64,000 bases of DNA, taken from positions 248,001 to 312,000 of the forward strand of contig MU008183.1 in assembly GCA_010909165.1 (NCBI GenBank). Reading direction: 5' to 3'. Each line of letters begins with the position of its first letter. The first letter of the stretch is position 1. Below the pieces are notes generated by a model. That model had not been told where the DNA came from, searched no databases, and worked only from the letters and a program-made list of their open reading frames with translations. This DNA comes from Anthoceros angustus (Eukaryota; Plantae; Anthocerotophyta). The position numbers and the translations under genes are program-made. Below are positions 36,401 to 48,841 of this stretch, piece by piece.

Positions 36401-36790
36401 ATGTCTGACCTGTCAGGGTTTGGTGTGGCCTGTTGTGCCATTGTATGTGTTCCGACATGCAGCTGTTTACCATGCACGACAGTTCTGAATGTCAATCTGA
36501 TATCTGCACACCCGTTGGAGATGACGATCTCGGTGCCCTTGGCCACCTGCACCGGCGGATGCGTGCGCAGCGGGGCCGTGAGCTTGGCCGCATTGGCGGG
36601 GTAGGGCGTGGCCATGGCCAGCTTCACGATGGGCTGCGGCAGCAGCTCCCGCACGAAGGCGTTCACAGCCCTGCCCGGCAACCGGGCGCTCGCGCGGAAG
36701 CCGCGAACATCCATGCTCACGCGGAACACTCGCACCTCGCCGCCCTCCATGGCCAAAACGCCCCCCTGCTACCGCCATCGCTCTTTCTCC
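31362..36790. repeat. ~2.7-kb tandem duplication (31362-34050 / 34050-36790) containing the 3' part of the CRE element plus its right flank
   Basis: The junction at ~34050 joins ...GCCATCGCTCTTTCTCCC to GAAGATCCAT.... CTCTTTCTCC microhomology is present at both unit ends (31364, 34041 and 36781). Confidence 0.9.
36512..36750 (-). CDS. Orphan high-GC3 first exon of an unidentified gene (duplicate at ~33780-34035)
   Basis: MEGGEVRVFRVSMDVRGFRASARLPGRAVNAFVRELLPQPIVKLAMATPYPANAAKL...IVISN with almost all codons ending in G/C, followed by a possible GT donor. No family recognised. Confidence 0.35.
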
Positions 36791-37199
36791 TGCTGGGGAC
36801 CATGTCACTGCTTCTCTCGTTTGCGACACCGCTCAAGATCGCATTCCACTGACTGCAACATCCCGGGCCTGGGCTGAAGCTTGGCCCCAGCGCCCCTGAA
36901 GGCTTGAACGGAGTTATGTACCTACTTGTGTATTACATACAGTGACACACGCTGTGCCTTGGGTGAGTTTTCTTCGTTTTCCATGCTCATCGAGACCTGC
37001 CCGAAGATCGGGTCTCGTTTGGCACACTGGGCAGTGGAGATCGTTTCTTCAAATGTGATGCATGGATGTCGATGATGTTGTCTTCACACTTGATCCATAT
37101 GGATGTGATGTCTCCACGCATGATGCGCTCCAACGGGGTGTTATTCGGTATGCCCTCGAGCATAGCGTGAAGAGAAGAAGAAGAAGGCTTTGTGGGTTC

Positions 37200-39948
37200 G
37201 CATGCCTGTCGATGCACCTCCAAACGAGTACCTGTACGCCCGTGTGGTGTGGTCATACACAGCACCTGGGCCTTCTGCCATACTCTGTTGTTAGACTCAT
37301 CTTCCGACAGCGGTCCCTGAAGGATGGCCCCTATATGGCAACCGGACCCTTTGTGGACCCAACAAGTTGGTGTGTGTACAGGGATTCTACCAGGAGCTCC
37401 CGCTCACATCGTCTTAGGGAGTCAACCCCTGGCAAACAAAGCCTCCAGGTGCAGCAGTGTAAGGAGCCCAGCACTTCCACTTCCGAGAAAATGTGTGGGT
37501 GGGGACGGGCTTTCCAGCCAGGAGCAGGAGCACTTGTGGCAACAATTTTTTCTGGACCCTACCATGTGGTGGGACAACAGACGAGGTAAGGAGAGCTCCA
37601 ATTCGCCTGACTTCCGGCGTAAGGGGTCCGGCGAGGTGCTGTGGTTAAACAACATGTTGAAGCCAGCTTGGGTTGATGGGCAGCTCGTTTCCTTGGATAT
37701 GCAGATGGGTCACGGTGCCTCTCCTTCCGAGTCTGGCTCTCTGGATAAGCCTGAACCTGGCAGGGGTGCAGGATCGGAAATGAGCGTGGTAACGGCTGGA
37801 ACCGTGAGCATGTTGTGTCAGCAGGGGAAGCTTTTTGAGGCCGTTGGAGCCCTGGAATGTCTGGCGCAGACAGGCTCTGCTGTTTCTGAGTATCTGTGTT
37901 ACACTGTGCTAAAACTGTGTACAGCTAAGAAGGATTTGGTTGTGGGGCGACGAGTTCATGATCTGTGTCAAACTTGGGTACGAGTCGATGCATACTTGGG
38001 GAACCATATCTTGCGCATGTATGCATGTGGAGGTAGGCTGCAGGAGGCCATGGATGTGTTCACCAGGGTGGGCAAACCAGATGTCTTCATGTGGTTTCCA
38101 TAATCTCTGCACATGCTAAGCATGGGAAACCTAATGAGGCCATACAACTGTACCATGAGATGCGTAGGTCAGGAGTGAAGGCAATGGTCACGTCTTTGTA
38201 GCTGCCCTTCAAGCTTGTGCATTTGCTGCCGACTTGGAATCTGGCAGAAAAGTGCACTGTGATGTGTTGTACAGTGGCACTCCTGCTGACTTGTTTGTTG
38301 GCAACTGCCTGGTGGACATGTATGCAAAATGTGGTGAACTGAAAGATGCACGCCAGGTTTTGACAGCATGGCCACAAAGGATGTGGTGACATGGAATGCC
38401 CTGATATCTGGGTATGCAAAATGTGGTGAACTGGATGGTTTTGACAGCATGAACACAAAGGATGTGGTGACATGGATGCCCTGATTGGGTATGCACAGCA
38501 AGGACTCGGCCAAGAGGCGCTTGTTGTGTATGGACAAATGGAGCAGGAGGGCCTCATTTTGGCTGACCATGTTACTTTTGCTTGCCTTCTGAAGGCCTGT
38601 GCAAGCACTGGTGCCTTACAGAAGGGCAGGCTGCACTCACAGATTGTCAAAGAGGACTGCTGGATAACGTAGTGGTGGGCAACTGCCTGGTGGACATGTA
38701 TGCAAAATGTGGTGAACTGGAAGATGCACGCCAGGTTTTGACAGCTTGGCCACAAAGGATGTGGTGACATGGAATGCCCTGATTGCTGGGTATGCAGCAA
38801 GGACTCGGCCAAGCTTGTGTATGGACAAATGGAGGAGGCGGGCCTCATTTTGGCTGACCATGTTACTTTTGCTTGCCTTCTGAAGGCCTGTGCAAGCACT
38901 GGTGCCTTACAGAAGGGCAGGCAGCTGCACTCAGATTGTCGAAGAGGACTGCTGGATAACGCTGCCTGGACATGTATGCAAAATGTGGTGAACTGGAAGA
39001 TGCACGCCAGGTTTTGACAGCATGAACACAAAGGATGTGGTGACATGGACCCTGATATCTGGGTATGGTACTTGTGATGAAGGTCACAAGGCACTAGCTT
39101 GTTTTGAGGAGATGTTAGTTGCCGGTATTCAGCCTAATGATGCTACTTTCACTTGCCTTTTGGTAGCATGCAGTCATGAGGGACTGGTCCACGAGGGTCG
39201 CAAGCACTTTGATTCCATGGCTGAACAGCATGGCATCAAACCTACTGTTGAGCATTATATCTGCATGATTGATCTTCTTGGGCGGACTGGCCATTTGGAT
39301 GAGGCAGAGAAGATGCTGTTATCGTGCGAGGGCCAAAGTAAGGTTGTGGGCTTGACGTCTTTGTTGAGTGCCTGCAAGAGTCACGGGGATATAGAGAGGG
39401 CGATCTGGTGTTTTGAAAGCATTGTTAGGCTGGACCCCCAGGAGGCGCCCGCCTATGTGCTTATGGCCAATGCCTATGCAGATGCAGGTAGGTGGGCCGA
39501 TGTAGACAGGATTGAAACACAGAGACTGGTAGCAGGAGCTAACAAGAAACCTGCAGTGGCGACCATTGAGGTAAATAAGGAGGTGCATAGATTTCTGGTG
39601 GGAGAATGGAGAGAGGATATTGCGCTTAAGGCAGAGAGCACGAATGCACGCGTGAAGCAGGAAGGAGGCCACGTACCTCACACAAAGTTGGTGTTGAAGC
39701 CAGTGTGTGAGAAGGAAAAGGAAGATGTGCTTTGTGGGCATGCTGAGAAGCTAGCTCTGGCGTTTGGTCTCTTGAACACTCCGAGTGGGACACCTCTGGT
39801 GGTAACGAAGAATCTACGCATGTGCAGTGACTGCCACAGTTCCACGGAGATCATGTCCAGACTTGAACAAAGAGACATTGTTGTACGGGATGGGTACCGG
39901 GTGCATAGATTTGCAGCTGGTTGTTGCAGTTGTAAGGGTCGACCCTGA
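37200..39948 (+). CDS. Intronless PLS-class PPR protein with N-terminal PDF motif, E domains and DYW:KP deaminase domain ending in GRP (candidate U-to-C RNA editing factor); multiple frameshifts
   Basis: PLS repeats (VGNCLVDMYAKCGEL, DVVTWNALI.GY, DHVTFACLLKAC), E1/E2 motifs, KPAVATIEV (39547), HAEKLA, NLRMCSDCH, terminal CSCKGRP*. Start codon uncertain. Confidence 0.9.
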
Positions 39949-42399
39949 GAGTAATGAAGAAGAAGCCAGTGCCCAAGTGTGCACGCCAGAGAATCTTCTG
40001 TTGGGTTGAATGTGCAGGAAAATACACTTTCATCAAGTCGCACAACGATGAGGGAGGCGTTCATATGCATGTACATGGTATGTACAAGTCCTCGTCACGG
40101 CATCCTACTTGCAATTTCTGACATACACTCTGAACTTAAGCAGGAAACCTTACCCGATGGCTCACACTGGACTGGAAGGATTCAGATGAAAAGTGCAGTT
40201 ACTGACAAGTGACATGCCTATCTTGTTGATGGGAAGTGGTTGATCTTCCCATTCTCAATATCTGCAAGGTCCAACTCCAGCCTGCCTCATGGCTATCTGC
40301 AGCATAGCTGCGTGTACTCCCCAGAAAATGAGGCCATGAGCTCTGCTCTTTTTTCTCTAGGAAAGCAACCCGCCTTTTCTACCAGGAGCTATATCGGCTG
40401 GCGCAGGAATAAGGGATCGGAAGCAGGCCTACCGGCCTTATGCCAAGAATGTTAACGAGATCGACATGACGGTGCCCAAATAGAAGGCCCTACTCCTGCA
40501 CAGGTCTTTATTGGCTTGTCTTCATGGTGATTGTCTCTCTGGCGGGGGCTTGCATGCCTGCATGCTCCCTTCCCTTGTGGCCCTGCGTCATGTTGGCTTT
40601 GGAGTTTTTGGCTGGAGAAGACAACCTCCCCTTGTGGGTAACAATTTTTGACTTGATAGATCATGGCGCAGGAGATGGGTGAGTACCAGCACCGCGTGGT
40701 TTATCCTCTAGTAAGGGATAAGGGATCGGTCTAGGGGGGATGGGCCTGTCGGATTCCTTACTTGGTTTATCTCCTTCGGTCCTGACTGCCAAGCCTTGAG
40801 GTATTATAGATCGTGTTGAGGTGATCAATAACACAATTTTGTTACTTTTCACCTGTGTAGGCAACACAAACCGGTCTTGCAAGTCATGGGCTACGATATC
40901 CAAGAGAACTCATGGCGACAACTTGTTGACTAAGCTGGGGGGGAGACTATTTCTAGTGGGGACTTGGAGCCTTTATCAGAGAATTTGAGGACGTGTGTGT
41001 TGGATTATGTCTAATGGAACCACTATTACCTTCGCAGCTGAAGGTTTATTGAAAATCCTGTTGGTACTGTTATTTTTTTTAATTTGGTATTTTGAAAATA
41101 AATCAAAACAACCCCGGGGGAGAAATCTTCAGCAAGGGTTCTGATTCCCCTATGTTACACATCGTATCATCCCAACAGAAGAGACTTTACTCTTCCCGAG
41201 GTCATCCGAGTACGTGCCTAGATACCATCGCAGGTTATGTGGGACTTGGGAAGAACTCCCTCACCCACTAAAACTCCCCACCTTTACCTTTGCCCGAGAA
41301 TAAGGGCTGCCATACATTGCTGCATCGGCTCCAATAGCAGCCGACTGTTATTAGCAGGGCTAGAGGTTTCTCCTAACAGGACTGACGAAGTGCTTGCCTG
41401 CATTTCTAGCTTCTCAGATTAGTGTTGTGATGGGACTGTTGCAAAAAGCTCGTCACTTAATCGGTGTTGAGGAACCAGGCTTGAATGAAATTGTGGGGGT
41501 TATGACCCTTGATCTTCTGTGTCCCTTTGAATAGCAGGCTGGGCACCAGCAGAACATCGCTCCTTACTGCTGTATGTGTGGTTGCAGGATTCGCCATGGG
41601 CTGTGCATCGTTTCGCATTAGAACTGATCGATCTTGTATCTTACTGTGTTGTATTTCCCTGACTCTGATTCTGACTGTTCAGCTGAATGCCTAATAGCCC
41701 GGTCTTGATACATCCAGTCTTACCGCTTGCCCGTCGAGTCGTCCTGTGTGCAGTTGGCGAGAATACCTGACTGGTGAAAGTGTTTGTTACCCAGGCTTAA
41801 AGCTCCCGGAAGGTATTGCATGGATCTGACCAGACTTGCTCGTCAAGCTGTCACTGTGCAGCCGAGGAAACCTCAGAACCCTGCTGCCCTGTCAAGCCTC
41901 TTTTACCTGAGAGAAATCTAGTGTAAACAGTACTTTCCCCATGTCAAATTCGAAGCCAAATGTCACTTTTTGTCGCTGGCATGCGATCGTACCCAACAGA
42001 GACACGACGGTATGCCAACGCCTCTGCCACGTTCATAGCCTTCCTTGAAGGACCTTCACATCTTGCCCGCGCCAGCTGAAGGCACGGAGGGAGCATTAGC
42101 AATTGTTCCTTCAGCAGCGATCTTGCCTTGTTGTTCTTTTCGGGACACAGTGCTGTGCATTAGGGGAACCTGTGAAAATTGTTGCTCCTTTTACACCTTG
42201 TCAACCCGATTGCTCAAACGTACACGTTTGATATTAGTGTCAAAGTCTTGTAAGAGGAACTTAGCTCTGGCGTCTTGAGAAAATTTTGACAAGGGCTCTA
42301 CAAGCCTGCTTTTGTTCAACCCAACAACGGGGTTTGTGATTCCTCACCTTCTTCCCTGTCAGCATTGTTGCATAAGCACATGTGCATACGAAATATGAG

Positions 42400-43999
42400 G
42401 ATCTGTCTCCAAACCTTTGATGGCACCTCCCATAGTCCGAGTCTGTCGTGGTAGGGGTGACATTGTCGCTACTTCCTCTTCAATATTTTCAGCAAGCTCC
42501 TCTTCAACAGCTTGAGGAGGAATCCCATATTTCATCTTCTTTAGGAACAAATATTGTCTCCACATTTTCATCCTGCTCAAAGTTGACATACTCTTCAGCA
42601 GTCATGGTTGGTTGGATATCCAACATCTGTTGATGCCATGTCCTTAGAAGTTAATAATGTCAACCTACCCAATGCTTGTTGTAGATCCAATATTTGGGTA
42701 TTCAATGAATCGGTACAAAATGAAGGATCTTGTTCAGGATCCTCTTGATCATATGTCAAGCGTATTCAAGTCTAAACCCCACACGAATCGAAAGCATCTT
42801 CGCCCGCACCGATCCAAGGTATTGTGCCTCCAGCAATTATGTATGGTGTGTGGACTAACATGAAGCCTCCATGCTTGCGCCAGCATAACAACTGCTTGAT
42901 AGACATCAATACTCGGATCTACATTATCCGTTAATGCCCGACACTGGAAAGCAATCATAAGCTTTCAATATTGAGCTTTGAAAGATCGAATGATTCCTTG
43001 ATCTAGTGGTTGATACAAGGTGGTTACATTGGGGGGCAAATAAGCCAGTTTTGTGACACGCAATTCATCTTCAATGTGATGACGATGTGTAGGACAATTA
43101 TCGAGTATTAACAGCACTCTTGTCCGGTCTGCTATGACCATCCTGCGTTCAAAGTCTCTTAAGAATTGTTCAAATAGCTCTATGGTCATTCAAGCTTTCC
43201 GATTACATGCCCATACAATACCCAAGTTGTTTGGGGTTTGAAAGTTTCCTGGGTGGATGCACGAGGTCTAGCATAACTATTGATAACAAACAGAGGTAAC
43301 TTCCACGATCCATCTGCATTAGTGATGAGAGCAACCGTTAGTCTATCCTTCAATTGCTTACGTCCTACAAGTCGCATTGTAGCAAGTGATCGATTAGGCG
43401 GTACTCTATAAAAAAGTCTTGTTTCATCCATGTTGAATATATTGCCAACTCCGTATTTTAGGATTTGAGCTTGCAATATGGCAATGGCTTCCTTTGTAGC
43501 TTCTGTATCGTCAGCACTGCCTGCTTCTCCATGTCTCACGTTAGACTTGAAGCCATTCCTCTTCTTCCACTTATTAACCCAACCATGACTGAATGTCATC
43601 TCTAGTCTGCCATCGACTGACAGTTTTTCGTAAAAGAAACGAGCTTTCTCGCAAAGAAGATCGGAAAGTGTCATATCACTTCCTTGCATTGCAATAGCCC
43701 AAGCATGCAATGCTTTATCGACTTCTAGGCAAGCCACTTTACGATATCGCAATGTTTCCATATTAACTCCTCAAGGGTCCAAATGACTTGCACTCTCTTG
43801 AAGAATCCTAGACATAACACTTTTGGACACGGGGGATGCCAAACTTGTCTTGCGCACATGCACGCAACGCTTTTTGTGTCATATTTGAATTAGCAACACG
43901 GTATTTACGTAACTCTTTCATATTTGGATTACCAACATGGTATTCACGTAACTCTTTCTTTCTTCTGCCCTTTAGTGAGCTTTCGGAAACATTAGGCAA
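42400..43999 (-). mobile_element. pogo/Tigger-type (Tc1/mariner) transposase, frameshifted, DD32D
   Basis: CENP-B HTH (FSHGWVNKWKKRNG, RHGEAGSAD), IFNMDET, LILDNCPTH, YLPPNVTTLYQPLDQGIIRSFKAQY, TIHNCWRH. No TIRs recognised. Confidence 0.9.
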
Positions 44000-44099
44000 C
44001 CGCTGCCTCCACCAGTGCCTCAGGTGATATCCAGAGGTTGTCGTTACTCAAGGGATCTTCCCTGGCACGGAGGGTTGAGAGATGGAGGCTACTTTGGAA

Positions 44100-44950
44100 G
44101 GTGAAATGGGCTGATATGAGCCGCTTCAGAAGTTTTGCTGAGAAGGTCTTTGGGACAGCGTAAGCACAGGTGATTCACAGGCCTAGAACCGCAGCTCTTG
44201 CTAAACGACTTGACCAGCTTCATCAGCAAAACAACCCTCTTCACATGAATCGCACCAGCTACAAGAATACGATACGAATGTGAGAGCTCTGACAGCTCGT
44301 GCATGTCCAGTGGTATCCGTCCTGCCCTCTGGTGGGTTATTTCATGTGCTTGCCACAGACGACAACGCAGTCCAAATGGTTGTTGTAGACCTCTTCTGGG
44401 ATCCTGGACAGCCTCTCCAGGTGCCTTATATCACACCCCATGTTTCCTCTTGACACTGTCAGGTCACCTCTGACGTTCAGCCTGGAGGCATGCAGAGTAG
44501 CATCGTCGGCTTGCATCCAACCATTTGCGTATGCAGGTGGCTATCCTCAGGCTCACACACAAGGGACGATGTCAGCAGCAGTCTGGCCCCACCAGGGGTA
44601 TTGATCTCTGTTTCCTGGAGACGAATCTTCTGTACGAGTCCGGTGGTGGTAAGAGGATTAAGATTTGAGGGCCCCAGTGTCTTCTGTGATGAGGGGATTT
44701 CACCCTTCCTACTCTATGTGAGGCCCAGTGAGGGCAGCCTGTCCATGCCGACCACGTAATGCACATCATGAAGAGTCCTGCAAAAAGTCTGGCCGGGCAA
44801 GAGCTAGCGTTTTGTCCTCTACAGCTGAGCATGACAAGGTTTGTTTGCTCGGGCACTTCTGGAACAAACTTCATCTTGACAATGTCCGAGGCTCTGCCGT
44901 TGGATGGGTTTTGCTACTTGACTCATCACAGCTGAAGCTGCTGGAGCAGA
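44100..44950 (-). pseudogene. Possible RPA1-like OB-fold/zinc-ribbon relic
   Basis: Broken frames give CVVVCGKHMK...GYHWTCTSCQS...YRILV...FADEAGQVV, resembling the RPA70 C-terminal domain. Weak. Confidence 0.3.
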
Positions 44951-46800
44951 TCTGAAGGCCCGGAACCTCTGCAAGTTGGAGATGGGTTTTTGTTTTAGGG
45001 AGATGAAACTGCTCTCCTGCGGGCCATGGACCATGGCATACTTGCCACAAGAATAAAAGATAGCCGGAGGTGATGTATATTTTAGGCTGGTGAACTTGCC
45101 CCTCTGACCCTGTCAATTGACAGGCAAGCAACAGGCACCGACTATATGAGCAGCTCGTGTATCGATGTAGATGTGTGGCTGAGAGCTCTGTGAAAGATAA
45201 AACCAATTCCACAGTGAAGGACAGAAATGCGCTGTGCTCGTCTTACAGGTGGGGATAAAAGAATTCCTGTTGGCTCCAACTTGATCAGAAATTTTTGCTC
45301 AAGTGCGGAGGTGATGGCCGGGGGTTTGTTTTCTCGGCCCTCGGCACATGTGCTGATGCGCCATAGGGAGGAACTGATGAATAAGGGCGGTTACAGCGAG
45401 GAGCCAGGCGAGATTGCATGCAAGGCTGGCGGAGCCTTAAAAAAAGAAGAGTCTAGCCGACACCTTCCCCGGGTGATGCCCGGTGCAATCCCTTTGACGA
45501 TGTCCGCATCGTCAGCCATTTCGTTGGCACGCCAGCAGGGTTGGCGCGTTCGTTGCAGCTCCTGGCGCTGGGACGAAGGCCCGCCGTGGCCGTGCGGTGA
45601 GCAGGAGATGCGGCTCCCAAGGACGGTAGGTGTAAACTTGAGTCAGACCTGTCCCCGTCCGGCCCTGTCCTGGCCGTGCCTGTCGTGTTATGGAGCGAGT
45701 GTCTTCCCGGTCGCTCGCTTGTCTCGTCCACAGACGCCTCCTTGCTTGGACTGGTTTGCGGCAGAGGACTAAGTGAGACTTGAAATACGCTGCGGACGCA
45801 GCGTCGGAAGATTCCAATTCTTTGCTCAGGGAGCTGAAGACAGCGTTTGTTGCTCTGGTTGGATCAAATTGGAGGCTCCGTGGTGCTCATCGAGCTAGCA
45901 CAAGACATTGAGGTTAGTGTCAGGGCGTGCTGTCTCGATTTGTTACAATTTAGGATTGTTTTTGACGAATCCTCGATCCCTGCTACCTGCTGACAGTCTG
46001 CCGATTGTGATCCTGCACATCGATCATGGATGCATGAAGCAAGGAATCGCATGTGATGTCTGTTTGGCATTGCGCCTGGTTCGAATCGATTTGATGTTTC
46101 CAGTGTCCGTCGAACCGTGTGGATTGCAGCGGTTTGCTGGTTTCTTGAATGCACGACATCTGCATTTGCTGCCTGTGGCAGGCTTCTGGTAGAAACAAGG
46201 CTGGGGAGGAGTTCAGATGTAGACAACAAGTGCATGATTCACGGTCTGCTCAATCTGACGTGCTCTCATCTATATTCGTGTGTAGAAGCGCGGAAGAATT
46301 TGAGATACGTGCGCGTCAGGCTATGGAGTATGAATTGTATTACTATACATGCTGGCCAGGACATCTTTAAGGAAGGCCGGGATTGAGGCAAAGGCCCGGT
46401 CGACCCTGGGGGTGTGGCTCTTCTAGAAGAAACAGAAGGGTCGGAGCTTGAGGCTTCAACCCGACCAGATTCAAATCCTGTCGGACGTTCGGTGTTCCGT
46501 CTGGCAGTTAAATGTTCTCGGCAGGTCCCCCGGCTTCCTGTCCGCTTGTGGCAGCTGCAGGTGGTTCAGATCTTGAGGCCGAAAGCAGCGGAGGCGACGG
46601 AAGTGGAGCTGTTTCCGATCCGGATTGGAGCCACTGTGACAAGACTTGTGCCATGATTGATCGGGAGCTTTGGCCTTGAAGACTATTCCATCTTTCCGGC
46701 ATCCAGCCGAGTCACGAATTCTTTGTGAGGCTTCTTTGGTTACATTCTGCATCGGCTGCATTCCGAATTCCTACCTCGAATTCACGATCCGAACCGGATC

Positions 46801-47288
46801 ATGGCAGCCCCTCTCCGCTTCATCACTATGGCTGCAATTGCACTGGTCCTGTTTCTGGCATTGGGAGTCTTCATCAGCATGGGAGGAGCGTCAGAGGAGC
46901 ACCACAACTTCTCCATCGCCGTCGACGGCACTAGTCCACCGTATGGCTGCCTCGCTCGCAGACATCCAACAAGACGCCCCCAGGAGCACAAGCCGAGGCA
47001 TGTCAAATTGCAGGCGGAGGTCCTGGAGCAGAATTCGGCATCGGATGATTCCACCAAGAAGAGCTCCAGGCCACCGAGCACCTTCCGCGTGCCGCTCAAA
47101 CACCGGGACTACCTCCTCAACAAACATTTCGGAATCCGGCACAAGCACCATGACGCTGCAGCGGAATTCAGCCGGATCAAGTCCTGGATGCGTCGCGACA
47201 GGGCCAGAGTGTCCCAGATCGGGAGGACCATCTTCGCACGGCGAGCTGCCCGGTTCCTCCAGGAGAACGGAGAGGGAGCAGGGACGAG

Positions 47289-47331
<43 letters not shown>

Positions 47332-48579
47332 ACAGGTCAGATCCGCAGATTCCATTACGACCCGACCCCCCCGCTCCCCCCCGAGTCCGAGTCGTTCCAG
47401 GGCAGCGTGGGGTCGGGCCTGTCCATGGGGTCCGGCGAGTACTTCCTGGAGCTGGGCATCGGCACGCCGAGTCGGCCCACTGCTCTGATTGTGGACACAG
47501 GCAGCGACCTCAACTGGCTGCAGTGCGAGCCCTGCATAGTGTGCTACGAGCAGGTGGGGTCGGTCTTCAACCCGGCCAACTCCACCTCCTACGAGCCGGT
47601 GTCCTGCCACTCCCCGGAGTGCGGCTATGTGGACCCGCCTTCAGCCTCCACCTGCCCCGCCAACAAGAACTCTTCCTGCAGGTTCTTCTACTCTTACGGC
47701 GACCAGTCCAACACCACCGGCGTCCTGGCCTACGAGACCTTCACGCTCAACGATGTGAGCGATGGCAGCAGCATCGGATCAGGGAGCGGGGATGGCGATG
47801 GCGGCAGCACCACTGTGGACCAGATTTCTCCAGTGCTGTTCGGGTGCGGGCATCGCAATGAAGGCCTGTTCCGGGGCGCGGCTGGAGTGCTCGGGCTGGG
47901 GCAGGGCCAGCTCTCCTGGGCATCGCAGGTGGGCTCGCTGTACGGCAACAGGTTCAGCTACTGCCTGGTGCCGAGATCCAGCTCGCTGCTGGTGACGAGT
48001 AGCATGGTGTTCGGGCACGACCCGCGGCTGGCCGACACGGAGCTGCAGTGGACGCCGCTGCTGTCGCTGCCGACCACCGGGACCTACTACTACGTGCAGG
48101 TGGTGGGGGTTAGGGTGGGTGACCGCCAGCTGCCGGTGGCCCCGTCAGTTTGGGACCTGAGCCCGGACGGCGAGGGCGGGACCATCGTGGACTCGGGCAC
48201 CACTCTGACCTACTTGCCGCAGCCAGTGGTGGCGCTGTTGCGGCTGGAGTTCCGGCGGCAGATGCGCCTCCCGGTGGTGGAATCGCCGGACCAGGTGCTG
48301 GATTTCTGCTTCAACGTGAGCGGCCACGAGGACTGGAGGTCGCGTCTGCCTCAACTCAGCTTCGTCTTCGCCGGGGATGCGGTGATGCGTCTGCCCGTGG
48401 AGAACTTCGTCGTCGGAAACGAGGAGCATCGCGGGGTGGCGTGCCTGGCGGTGCAGCCCGAGAACTCACGGAACTCGCTCTCCATACTGGGGAACACGAT
48501 GCAGCAGAACTTTTACATTGTGTTTGACCGGGAGAATTACCGGCTGGGTTTCGCGCCCGCTGACTGCGTCTCTGCGTAG
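46801..48579 (+). CDS. Secreted A1-family aspartic protease (nepenthesin/ASPG1-like), intronless
   Basis: Hydrophobic signal/anchor, GSGEYF, catalytic IVDTGSDLNW and IVDSGTTLTYL, Cys-rich NAP insert, ILGNTMQQNF, RLGFAPADC. (GGCTCG)6 Gly-Ser repeat at 47293-47328. Confidence 0.95.
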
Positions 48580-48841
48580 CAGCGTCCGCGTGTGAATCGC
48601 GTGCCACGATTTTGTGTACATGTAATTTCATGCCGTATTTGGTGAGCAATGTAAATGCCTTTCGGGATTTGGGGATGATTGTGTAGGGTGGGATTGGGGT
48701 GAGGCTTGCACGATTGCGTTTTAGATTTTAGAGGATTCCCGCTCTTGTGTTGTGTAGGTTTTCGGGATTGGAATGGTTGGATCCACAGTGGGTACTGGAT
48801 GAGCCGGGTTGGAGGATGAAGGATGAGGAGCTGAGGAAGTC

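Noticed and set aside
40200-42340. Degenerate LINE or other retroelement
   Set aside because: No RT or endonuclease motif could be read with confidence.
42350-44020. pogo terminal inverted repeats and TA TSD
   Set aside because: No matching inverted termini were found by eye.
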